Source: Lingula anatina (taxonomy: Eukaryota; Animalia; Brachiopoda). Taken from it: 64,000 nucleotides of DNA. The first letter of the stretch is position 1. The number at the start of each line of letters is the position of its first letter. Under the pieces are notes generated by a model, which was not told where the DNA came from, did not search any database, and saw nothing but the letters and a program-made list of their open reading frames with translations. The stretch lies in the NCBI GenBank assembly GCA_051362555.1, contig JBPQGU010000016.1, positions 1,302,001 through 1,366,000 of the forward strand, written 5' to 3'. The translations under genes were made by a program, and so were the position numbers. Below, in pieces: positions 40,731 through 52,529 of the stretch.

Positions 40731-41294
40731 CATTTCAGCACTTTGCCCTTGATCACGAGGACACATGAATATCCTTTCTAAATTAGGTGGGGGGGGGGGG
40801 GGGGGGGGCACGATTTCCTTGAATAAGATTTGAATTTTTGTTCCGTTTGGAGTGAAATATTAATCCACCGTGTTCAAACGTTAGAAGCTTTGAAGTCAAA
40901 AGCGAGTCTATAAAAATGTTTTTAAAAATTTGCCAGTGGTCTTGGATACGCTTTATGATGAGGAGAAGGCGTTGGAATTTTCAGGAAAATGTTTTTCTCG
41001 TTGCTATATGAAGATCTTACGCATGTTGCGTGCCTTAAAGAAAATTACACTTCAAGAACAACACCCTTCAAAACTTATCCAAATTGTCAAAGTTTTCAAA
41101 AGTAAAAAAAAAAAAAAGATTTGTGCATAAGTAACAAAACAAAAACAGTAGGTATATTTGACATTATGAAACATTCAAGCAAAATCAACCTTATTTGATG
41201 GGTGGACTATTTCAACCTGTTTTTGAATTTCATGCTTTTGTTTTAATTTTGAGATTTCTGGTCTCTGCGACTTTACAGTATTGGGTAAAACTCA

Positions 41295-41412
41295 AGTCTC
41301 AGGCCTTCCCAACTACCAGACGCGCACCTTGAAAACGGGTATTGTGGTCCGATCTTCTGGTGAATTCAGGATCATTCGGTGCCGAGTCTGGTAGTTGGGT
41401 AGGCCTGAGTCT
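41295..41412. mobile_element. 118-bp MITE with about 27-bp TIRs and a 2-bp (CA) TSD
   Basis: agtctcaggccttcccaactaccagac / gtctggtagttgggtaggcctgagtct. The paralogous empty site aaactcaagttgtg is at about 48462-48475. Confidence 0.8.
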
Positions 41413-42200
41413 CAAGTTGTGATAGTTTTTAGAAAAAAAGTAATTTTGAGAGCGGTTGGTGAGGGAGGAAAGACACCAAAATGTATCTCTGGACAAAAAG
41501 ATAAAAAGTTATCATGATAAAGAGGCTCAATTAAGTTTTACAAACACCTGCTCCCGAGTTCTGTTGTAAAGCTGGACGTTCGGTGATTTTAGAGGGTGTG
41601 TGGGGAGGGGGGGGGGGCGAGGAAGGGGTCAGCGGCAGGTTTCACACTAAAATTTTTAAATATATTAAAATACTAAGGGACCGTTCACAATGGATTTGGT
41701 ACACCTAGCTGATGCGCACTAACCCCACCACTAACACGCCCCCTCTTGTTTCAAACTCTAAAACGACCAGGAAGAGGCATGTTAGTCAACTGATTGCATT
41801 CAGCGAGGGGTCACGTGGAGTGAGTGCGCATGACGCGGTCGACAAAATGCATTGCAAACGGTCCCTGACATATTTTGAACGTGCCGGACGAAACCTTTTC
41901 ATCAGCAGTAGAGCATAACGATCTATATATAACGTTGTCTATATAAAGTTGTCTATATTATCCTATAGCGCTAGTGGTGAAGCAGGTCTACATAACACAC
42001 ACACAGATCTAGGGAACAACATACCAGTATATTTCATTTAATATTGTTTATGAATTATTGCTGTCGTTACTAGGGTTTACTTCAATGCACTTGGAAGTTT
42101 GATGATTTATAGATTTGTGTAGCTGATATTGCAGTAAGTATATATATACGTATGCATATATATATAAATGTGTATAATACTATATATCCTGTGTGTGTAC

Positions 42201-42237
<37 letters not shown>

Positions 42238-42804
42238 ATGCGCGCGTGTGTGTGTGCATTTGTACATGTATTATTATTATTTATCTCTATACATTTTCAC
42301 CAGCACAGTCTGCATGGTGTAAAATATGAGTACAGAACAGGGCGTGACGCTCACCGGGCGAACAGCTGTCTAGAGCTCTGCCAAATACCACATTTCCGAT
42401 GCGTAATAGAAACATCTACCGGTGTGACGAGACTGAGGACCCATGTAACAGAGAGCCCACCCTCCATTTAATTATTTAGGTTAAGGTTAGACATAAGTGA
42501 ATAAAAACGTAGGGCGAGGCTTACCTATGAAAATTAATGAGAACTGGACTCGTTATCATGGAGGACTGTCACGTCACTCCATCACAACACATTGAATCTG
42601 CCATTTTAGAGGATCCGTAGTAATAAAACACGTCGTCACTGATCAAGTACCTTATATATGTTTGCCTAGCTGTTGGCCTAGCTGTCAGCGACCACAGAAT
42701 TAGAAAATGTAAATAACAAATTATTTCCCAATTCTGTGGTCCCTGACATACTGATGTTTCAGGAATGGTAATTGTAATTCAATACACCGGTGAAGTCCTA
42801 TGTT

Positions 42805-42971
42805 CAGGCCCGTAGCCAGCAAATTCAAAAGGGGGGTTCTTTTTCTGAAAAAGTGGACCTTTTACAACGAAACTTATGTGTACCTAGATAAAATTTTACC
42901 CAAAATGGACCTTTTCCTGACAAAAGGTGTGGTTCTTTCGAACCCTCCGAACCCCCCTGGCTACGGACCTG
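42805..42971. mobile_element. MITE of the CAGGCCCGTAGCCAG family (complete copy)
   Basis: TIRs caggcccgtagccag / ctggctacggacctg; flanks tatgtt / tatgtc. Confidence 0.8.
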
Positions 42972-43357
42972 TATGTCACTAGTACAGGTAAGCATAAGAC
43001 GGCGGTGTGTGGGGACAGTGCTATCTGCACAAAGTAAAGGTGTCATCACACTGTCTCCGACATGTATAAGTGCATGTATTGCTTGATTCGTTTTCACACA
43101 GGATAACCCTGCTCATGTATGTTAATGTGAACATTACTCATTTCAGGTGACGTTGGGTTGAGACAGGGTTGAAGAATTTACGAGGCCGCCAAAGGAAGTA
43201 AAGGTTGGCGAGATTTACAAGCATAACTTGTCTGTAACTTCTCCAAGATCGACGCTCTCACACAGAAGTGGGCGGAGACCTTCGACAACAGTTCATCACC
43301 AAACCCAGTCTGTTATACGGCAAACATATACGTTGCACCACGGAGGGGAAAAAGAAA

Positions 43358-44734
43358 ATGCGTTACCAAACTCTCAGAGTTTACGCAATAGTGACAACTG
43401 GGCTACTTCTGTGCTTTGTGGGATTTTACCTCGGTGTCGATGTTTGCAGTATCCGCAAAGATTATTCAAAACCATCGATTGACAATGAAGAACCGAAATC
43501 AGATAATAATTCGAAATTAAAAAATGGACCTGATCCCGCCGACGTTAAAGGGGCGGATCCCGCCGAGCTCTTCTCATCGGCAAACTTCGGCGCTCTCAGC
43601 GGGAAGAGGTTTGAGGCTATTAAGGTTCGTGCGTATAAACCCGACGACGGCGCGCGCGATAACAACAAGTGCAGCCCGTTCCACACGTCACCAACGGAGA
43701 AGAAATGCGACAAGTGGGTCGTCATTACAACCATATTTAAACCGTCCAAACTAGCCTTCCAGTTGTCTAAGAAAAAGGATTGGTGTGTCGTCGTGGTAGC
43801 AGACAAGAAAGGCTTCCCCACGTACGATGTCCCTAATGTCAAATATCTGACGGTTCAAGAACAAGAGCAATGCGAATTCAACATTTGCAAGCTGCTCCCC
43901 TGGAACCATTTCGGGCGAAAGAATATCGGGTTTCTATACGCAATGAAACACGGCGCACAACTTATCTATGACACTGATGATGACAACGAGTTAAAGGAAA
44001 GCCTCTTTATTCCGGATCCTGCTAAGATTGAAGTTAAAAACGTGAAAGTTCAGTCTAAAACTTTGTGGAACCCCTATCCCTTCTTCAGCCAATATAAAGA
44101 CTCCTGGCCTAGAGGATTTCCCTTGGAGAAGATTAAAGACAACGCCACCAAAACGCAATCAGTAACTGACCAGCTGCCCAACACAAATATCGGAATTATC
44201 CAATCGCTGGCCGATCACGAACCCGACGTAGATGCCCTCTATCGGCTAACCCAGCCACTGCCCTTTGGTTTCCGACAGGGAAATGAATACTACGCCGTCC
44301 CTTATGGTATTATGGTGCCATACAACGCCCAGGCTACCCTACACACCTATGATACATTCTTCGCTATGTATTTGCCCATTACAGTGACGGGGAGAGTAAC
44401 AGATATTTGGCGCGCATATTTCACCGTCAGACTATTATGGGATATCAAACGTAGCCTTGTTTTCGCTTCGCCATGGGTGACGCAGATACGGAACGCACAC
44501 AACTGGTTGGCTGATTTTTACGCGGAATGGGATTTGTATTTTAAATCGACTCAGTTAGCGGAGTTCTTACAAAGCTGGAAACCCTCACGTGGTGGAAACA
44601 TTGCGCACGAAACGAAGGAGTTGTATGTCGCGCTGTATGAAACGACTTTTATTGAGTCGTTGGACGTTCGAATTATTGACGCTTGGCTCAAAGATCTGGA
44701 GTGCATGGGGTATAAGTTTCCTAAGGTATCATAA
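43358..44734 (+). CDS. STELLO-like (DUF288) glycosyltransferase, type II membrane protein, intronless CDS, 458 aa
   Basis: First ATG at 43358, followed by a TM segment. Motifs KWVVITTIF, WCVVVVADKK, RKNIGFLYAMKHGAQLIYDTDDDN, NPYPFF, WPRGFPLE, PDVDALYRLT, DIWRAY and AWLKDLECMGY. Confidence 0.9.
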   Translation: MRYQTLRVYAIVTTGLLLCFVGFYLGVDVCSIRKDYSKPSIDNEEPKSDNNSKLKNGPDPADVKGADPAELFSSANFGALSGKRFEAIKVRAYKPDDGARDNNKCSPFHTSPTEKKCDKWVVITTIFKPSKLAFQLSKKKDWCVVVVADKKGFPTYDVPNVKYLTVQEQEQCEFNICKLLPWNHFGRKNIGFLYAMKHGAQLIYDTDDDNELKESLFIPDPAKIEVKNVKVQSKTLWNPYPFFSQYKDSWPRGFPLEKIKDNATKTQSVTDQLPNTNIGIIQSLADHEPDVDALYRLTQPLPFGFRQGNEYYAVPYGIMVPYNAQATLHTYDTFFAMYLPITVTGRVTDIWRAYFTVRLLWDIKRSLVFASPWVTQIRNAHNWLADFYAEWDLYFKSTQLAEFLQSWKPSRGGNIAHETKELYVALYETTFIESLDVRIIDAWLKDLECMGYKFPKVS

Positions 44735-46990
44735 CAATGGTGATGCTCTTAAAAATTTTGTATTATTAATTTAATTTATAGGCAAATCAAGCATAAAACA
44801 ATGACACACACATACATTACGTAGTGTCTCCTTTTTCATTTCCTGCATCCAAAAATGGAGTAGTAGGCTAATTAAAAGGCCTACGTGCACGAGCACACAT
44901 CTCATCTCATCCTTAACAAATTTCCCGATCTTGAGGGGTCACCGATTTGGTGACATGGATAGATATGTAAAATGTATGTTTTAAGAGGACAAAACCTGCA
45001 AAGTGCACCACCCCCTTTGCGACTTCCTTTCCAAATTGTCGCGCGCACGGCACAATCTTCACCATTTCAAATGTTGACTGTAATTATGAGTTATGCCTTA
45101 GGCTTTCAGACATGTAGGCCTACAGGTATATAAACCAAGCGCACTCTATTCTCATACAGCGATATTACTTTAGGGCCAATATGAATTAGGCCTAACCTGC
45201 ACAACAACTTGCCTTAACTATAAAGTGCTCTTCAGTTTATTTTGCCTTTTGAATGTGGAATGCGATGATGAGATTTATTCACTGTAGATGAAATCCAGAA
45301 TGTGATTTACTGTTACTCACTGTAAATATTATTCAGAATGTGATTTCAGCTTTGTTAATTTTTTTAAGTGTGTTGCAATTTCATGAGGTTCGGTGCATTT
45401 CAGCTTTTTTTTTCTTTGAAATTGAAGGCTAAATGCTTTAACGAACAGTTTGTCTATAAGTGAAATATAGTTAAGTCTTATGTTGTCTCCCATTAATTCT
45501 TTTCTTGTTCTGAAGATATGTTTTGATATTTAAACGTGTTTGAACGTCTTTATTCAGTAACATAAAAAATCGAAATAAAACGGAATTTGGTTTGTTTTGA
45601 TACTTAATGCTGAATGTCCATTGTCGTCTTCATTTTCTGTTTTCTTTAGAAATACAACAGGCGGCAACGGCCGGTCCTACCCTCAGTTACTCTGAAGTCA
45701 AGTGTGTCGGGAAATGCAGGGGCGGATCCAGGATAATTTGAAGGTTTTTTTTTTTTTTAAGGAATGACAGGCTTCGGATACGAAGCCGACCCTCGGCCCC
45801 CTTAGCGTGGGGTTTGGGGCCCACCCAAGGGCCCGAAAAATATTTAGTGTTTTGGAGTTAAAACGGTGCCATTTGGTACGGTTTAGAACTATGATTTAGC
45901 TAGTTAACATTGTAATTTCAAGAGAGAGAATATTAGTATGATTATATTTTTCAGAAAACGAAGAGCGGGTAGAAGGGCCCAGGATACCCCCCCCCCCCAA
46001 AAAAAAATACCTCGAAAAAGAAGCCAACCCTCGCCCCCTTGGCATGGGGTTCGCGGTGCCAGCTCAAGGGCCCCGAATTTTTTGGTGTTTTTGAAGAGAA
46101 AACGGTACCATTTGGTACTGTTTAAAACTTACTATGATTCAGCTAGTCAAAATTCTAATTTCAACAGAGGAATATTAGTGTGAATTTTTTCAGAGATTGA
46201 ATTATGTGGAGGGGGCAAAGGCGTTTTGAGAGAATTGTAGCTGATTTGTCGAAAGCGAGACGGCGTATGCAAATTACAGGAACACATGGAAATGGCCTTT
46301 TTTATTTTCTTGCAAGACTTTAAAGACATTTACTTATTTATTAAATTCTTTAAAAGTTATTAATATAAAACATACCATAAAGAAAGGGTAATTCATTTGG
46401 CCATAAAGTTACCTTTAATTGATATTAAGTGGAAATCGTACTCTTAAACATGCAATGTGACCTAGTTCTTCAACGAAGCGTTTAGAATCTGTACTATTTA
46501 GCTTGTTAATTAACCTGCTCTGCTTTGTGAAGGGCCAGATATTGGCAAGTAAATCTTTTCCTGACGTCTAAAAAGTTATCTCCAGGTACTGTCACACATA
46601 GCGCATATAGCACTAATGCATGAAAAAATGCCAATACGCAGATAACTTCGCATACGTCTCGAATATGCAGGCAAACGTTGTTGTGAGTTTGCTTACCAGG
46701 AGCGAGATAAAATATTTTAAGCATGCGCAGAAACGATTTCATTCGCTGCGTGTTATTCTGTTAAACTGATGGCATTCAGCGAGAGTCCCTGAGCAACTGG
46801 ATCGATCTACGTGGACCGATAGTTTCATTGAGAATGAGGCCTTAGTTGCTGCTACATGTACCAGCATGACATCTTTTTTAAGAGTTCATCTCGCCCTCTG
46901 GCAGTGGAAAACTATCAATAACGTTTTTAATCGTTATCTCTCATACTGGTATCCAAAGTCAAGATACACTCCAGTGGAAAAAGGTGGAAA

Positions 46991-49900
46991 ATGAACGTTC
47001 AGGCAGCGACAGCCGAGGCGGTGTCTGGAGACAGATATCACAACCTGTTTGATACGGAATTATTTCTGAAGAATTTCCATATTGAGGAGCGTCCGACAGC
47101 GAGGTTTGTGAGGAATACCCTTGCTAACGTCCTGAGATCTGGTAATAGTATGTTTCATCTATGTAATATCAAAGAATGATCTTGCTACCCTTACCAAAGA
47201 ACAGTTTACAGCAAATTTGCTGGAAATTTTCTGCAAACCAAACAGTTTCCCAGAAGCTGTTTGCTGGTTGTTGCAAGAAAAATTGTTGCTGCAAAATTGC
47301 AATGGCACATTTGGTAGAAATCCTCATATACTTTCAAATTAAAAACAGTACCTTATTTACATGGAATATCCATTTTGTCAGATTTGCGGCAACAGAGTGC
47401 TAGAAGTCTAAAATTTTGCAAAAATTGATGTCAATTTGACTGATCCTATTGGCTGGCCAACTCACCATATTGATATAGGAAAAAATTCCAGTCTAAATGT
47501 TCGAATCATAGCATATTGGCAAGGTATATGTATATGACCAAAAAGTAATTACTTTGAAGCATTTTTAAATTTATAACAATCCCAATTTTTTTACAATAGC
47601 AAAAATGGAATAGCATTCTCATTTCTAATCGCATTTTAGGCCAGACCTTATAGACTATGTAGAGTACAGTAATGCCTGTACCGGTAGGCATACATATATT
47701 TGTCTCGCTGCACACAGAAGTCGGCAGAGAGCTTCGCCAAAAGTTCATCATCAAACTCAGTCCGTTACACGTCGAACATATACGTTGCACCACGGTGGGG
47801 GAAAAGAAATTGCGTTACCAAACTCTCATACTGGTAGTTTACGCAATTGTCAAAACTGGCTACTTCTGTGCTTTATGGGATTTTACTTCGGCGTTGACTT
47901 TTAAGGTATCGTTAAGCATAATTCATAGCCATCGATCGACAATGATCAACCGAAATCAGTTGAGATTACGAAATTCGAAAATGGAGTTGGTCGCGCAGAC
48001 GTGAAAAGGGGCGGATCCTGCCGAACTCTTCTCTTTGGCAAACTTCGGCGCTGTCAGCGGAATCAGTTTTGAATTTTTGTTCCGTTTGGAGTGAAATATT
48101 AATCCACCACACACAAACATTAGACGCTTTGAAGTCTAAAGCGAATATTTAAAAGTTTTTTTTTTAAATTTGCCAACGGTCTTGGATATGGCGTGTGTGA
48201 AGATATATGTATGTTGCGTGCCTTAAAGATAGTGACACTTCAAACACCAGACGCTTCAAAAGTTATCCAAATTATGAAAGTTTACAAAAGTAAATAAGGT
48301 TTGTGCATAAGTAACAAAACAGTTAACAGTAGGTGTATTTGACATTTATATTCAAGCAAAGTCAACCAAATGCTATGGATGGACTATTTTTGAATTTCGA
48401 GTTTTTTTTTAATTTGTAAATTTTTAGATTTCTGGTCTCTGCGACTCTACAGTATTGATTGAAACTCAAGTTGTGGTCGTTCCTAGAAAGAAAGTAAATT
48501 GACTCAAGTTGCGATCAAATCTAGCAAAAAAAAAAGGTAAATTGGAGAGTGTTCGGGAAGGGAGGAAAGGTACCAAATTGTATCACTGGACAGAAGGAAA
48601 AAGAAGATAAGATGGTGTTGTTTCCTTAAGACAGTACGAATGAATGATCGATGGCTTTTAAAATGAGAAATATCAATATTATCAATTTAAATTCAGTAAA
48701 ATAGCTAATGTCACTTTAGCATTTTCAATTATTACACTACTACAAATCGCTTGAAATACTCCGCCGTTGAGGAAACTTTGCACTCTACGTTTTATCCCAT
48801 AATCCGATTCAATGCAGTATTTTTTTCTGAAACAGATCCATTTTTGGAGGTAATTATAAAACGAATATTTAGCTTTTTTTCAAGATGCAGTTCTTGTTGC
48901 ATTTTTTGCAGGATGCGTCTTTTGACAACGAACCCAAACTTTATGTTGTGTCAGTCGGCCTTGTTTCGTCTTCTAATTAAGGACAACAATGGTAATCTGT
49001 CTTATTATCAGTCCATGCAGACCTTGCATTACAGTAGTTTGAAAAATGAAGGTTATTCCTAATTATATGTTTTGTTTTGTTTTCTGAAGAGGTTCTTAAT
49101 TGGGTGACCGGGTTAGTACCGATGAACAAATATATATAAAAGAATCAGGATATATCGAAGGACGCCCAAACAACGCTCATCGGTCTAGCAGGAGGAAGAA
49201 AGGTCGTAGAGTGTGTACCCATGCCCGCGACTCAATTAAAATAAAATAAAATTTCCCACGGTCTGCACAAGTGGAGGCAGGCAGGTCACTGAGTGGACGC
49301 ACAAGTCGCTTATCGGACGCACAGGTCGCTCGCAGTTTTACAGGTCAAGATTAGGCCGTTCATAGGACGCACAGGGACCCAGGCACCTTCACACTAAAAC
49401 CCCCTTTACACTGGACAGCATCCTGTCTGCGTCCTTTGACCATGAAACTGGCATAACGCTGGTCGTAAAAAAGAGACACAAGAATCGCTTTGGTTGCAGA
49501 ATGAACGTTCAATGATCGGCCAATATTGTCGGCACGTAAATTATTATCTCCCCCCCCCCCCCCCCCCCTCAATCAGGGCCGTATTATGGGACGCAAAAAG
49601 GACGCCGTCCAGTGTAAAGGGGGCTTAATACACGATTTAATTACTTTGGCGACAGTTGAGCGTCCTTACCGAATTTTTGATCTCAGAAGGGACGCAGTAA
49701 GGACGCCGTCCAGTTTAAAGGGGCCTTAATCGTTATCTCTACCCTTAAAGTCAATAGTCCCTGATATCAGAACAGACAATCTAAGAAATATGTGCTTGTG
49801 TGACTACTTTCAATAGATTTTACATTACCTTTCTTTTACACTCCATTTAATTTTATGTATTTCATTTGAGTCAATCTCCTTTTATATTACTTATTTTATT

Positions 49901-51789
49901 CGTAAATTTAAAATTTATTCATCTTTTAAAAGTAGTTATATAAATCAATCAATCAACGTATTAATTTATTGACGGATTATTAATTAATTAATTAGTACAA
50001 AAAAAAAAAAACCTGAAATTCGGGTGTTACTGAAAACCCACCTTTGTATAATAAACATATAAATACCTCTGTAATTTCCTTTCACCGACGTGACTTCTAT
50101 AACTCGATCAGGGTGCCATGTCTGCATTGTGTTAGAAGCAGTATACAACAAGTAATACGACCGTCATTTGTACACGAAACAGTTGTAAAACATATGTTTT
50201 AGTCTCCCCGCATGCCTTTTTTCTGTTGCATTCTTCTGCACAACATGCAGTTATTTAACTGAGACTATTTTGCTTCATTTGCATGAAAAACAGAGATTTA
50301 GAAGCATGGGTTCATCGAATTAATGGACTTCAAAAACCCTTAATCCCCTTCAAGCTTCTATATCCAAGTTGCGCAAACTAGTGAATGTTTTCTGCATCTG
50401 ATGTACGGAGTTGAAAAAGGAGAGGGACTTGGGTTTAATTCAAGGTGATTAATTCGGTGTACCTATCTTCTACACCAACTCTTAAAATTCATATTATGTG
50501 AGATTATTAGTCTCAGTTTAGTAATTGTGTAGTGCAGAAAGCAACACTCAAATTTTTGGGTCACTTGTTTGCCATACGCCTACATGTATCACCGCTAAGA
50601 GATACATGTAATATTAATAAAACAATCTGATAATGTATATATTTATCCATATATTCGTCAGGGAGAATAGGCGGAGCTAGACTGTTGGATTTAGGGAGTG
50701 GTCCAACCATTAAGCACCATGTCATACTTTCCAAGTATTTTAACGAGCTAGCGTTCAGTGACTTCACAGAGAAGAACAGAGAGGCACTGAGGAAATGGAG
50801 AGATGGTGAGGCAGGGGCGTTTGACTGGGATTCAACCTTCAGATGTGTAGCCGATTTAGAAGGAGAAGAGTGAGTGTTTAACTTTTTTAACTTCTCTCCG
50901 AGATTGAAGGCCAAATTCATTAAAAAAAAATCTTCTCCTAGAGATTCGTTGCTCGAAACGTCCATACACTTTGACGTATTATACCATTTTTAATTGAATG
51001 ATTTAGCTAGTTCTAAATGGCATATCTTTGGGACATTTATAAACCTTTAAATTTGTTAAAACAGTTCAATGACGAAAGATTTTACTTTAAGTGAAATTGT
51101 AATAAAAAACTTGCTTACCGTGATGAAACAGGTTTGTTCATCATACCTCCTGTTGATACGACAAATTTGTTTTTGTTCACGTACTATAAGAATGAAATAC
51201 ATCTATGAAAGGTAAGGGAAAAGGTTAAGTAGGCCTGTAATTTTCCAATCTTTTTTTTTTTTTTTGTGCCTGGCAAGTTGAAAAGATAAGAAATACATGA
51301 TATCATAAATCACGTGGGTATATTTATTATTCAAATTACTGATATGATTGTTGTTACTTTAGGGAAAATTGGATTGCTCTGAAAGAAAGTTTCCGCAACA
51401 AAATGAGCACTATATACCCGTGTGACGTCAGAAACCCAAATCCACTGTACCCAGTATTGAGCAAACCTTTCGATTGCGTCACCAGTATTTTTTGTCTCGA
51501 GGCTGCGTGCTCAGATGACATTACATTTGATCACGTCATCAGAAATGTGATGTCACTGCTCAAAGATGGTGGCCATCTCATCATTGTGAATAGTCTGCGG
51601 CAGAGCGCCTATATTGTGGGAGATGTTCATTTTTCTGCGCGGAGTTTGGAGAAGGAAGAGTACATCCGGTTTCTGAAATCTGCTGGGTTAGATGAGATAT
51701 CGTGGTATGAAGGGGAAGAGTCGACGGGCGGCCATCTTGCCAACTCAAGTGGAGTCTATATGATCGTTGCCAAGAAAAAAGCTGTCTAA
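46991..51789 (+). CDS. NNMT/PNMT/INMT-family N-methyltransferase, copy 1
   Basis: Exons 46991-47141, 50662-50869 and 51363-51789. Motifs LLDLGSGPTI, FSDFTEKNREALRKW, AFDW, FDCVTSIFCLEAAC and LLKDGGHL. The 3-exon layout is typical of the family. Confidence 0.92.
47705..48072 (+). pseudogene. Frameshifted 5' fragment of the STELLO-like gene within NNMT-like copy 1 intron 1
   Basis: Colinear with about 43255-43614. The ATG is changed to TTG and indels are present. Confidence 0.88.
48068..48605 (+). repeat. Duplicate of the region upstream of STELLO (40829 to about 41505)
   Basis: tttgaatttttgttccgtttggagtgaaatattaatccac... is colinear with 40829 onward, lacking the 41295-41412 MITE. Confidence 0.88.
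49398..49727. mobile_element. Harbinger-like MITE fragments
   Basis: cccctttacactggac / gtccagtgtaaagggg inverted ends with TAA flanks; a second right end lies at about 49700-49727. Confidence 0.5.
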
Positions 51790-52529
51790 TCCTCCAATTT
51801 TTGAAGCCTGCTTAAAGGTCCCTCAGCTTAAAGAGAATATTTTATAAATGACTGAAACCCACGAAGATATGAACTAATAATGACAGTTTGAAATTTCAAC
51901 TAACAAAATGCAGATGGATTAGAGTCAATGCCATTCAATATGTTTCATATCATCTTGGAAGAATAAATGAAAATGAATTACAGAAATGTAAAAAAGAATA
52001 TTAATTTCACTTGGCTTTGTGTGAGAATGACAGAGAAACAGCAGACTGTATAAGTATACTGACCTATATCTCTGATAATACACACGCAAACACAAACGCG
52101 CGCACACAAAAACACATGCACACACAGAGAATGTCACACCTAGCGCTAATGCATGAAAATATTGCCAATGCGTAGATGTTTAACGTCGCATACGTCTCGA
52201 ATATGCAGCCAAACGTTGTTGTGAGTTTGCTTACTAGGAGCGAGATTAAATGTTTTGAGCATGCGCAGAAACGATTTCATACACTGCGTGTTTTAAAATC
52301 TGTTAAACTGAATGCATTCAGCAAAAGTAACATGGAGGTGGGATTGGTCTACGTAGACCAATGTATAGTTTCAATGAGCATAAGACCTTAGTTTCTGGAA
52401 TATATACCCGCATGAAACCTTTTTGGAAGAGTTCATCTCGCCCTCTGGTAGTGAAAAACTATTAATAATCGGTATCTCTCATACTGGTATTCCAAGTCAA
52501 GGTATATTCCAGTGGAAAAAGGTAGAAAA

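Noticed and set aside
43268-43357. GTG-initiated 30-aa N-terminal extension of the STELLO-like ORF
   Set aside because: In a eukaryotic gene the first ATG (43358) directly precedes the signal-anchor and is the more plausible start.
50561-50965. Minus-strand ORFs repeated three times (also 54282-54485 and 58609-58941)
   Set aside because: They are antisense shadows of NNMT-like exon 2.
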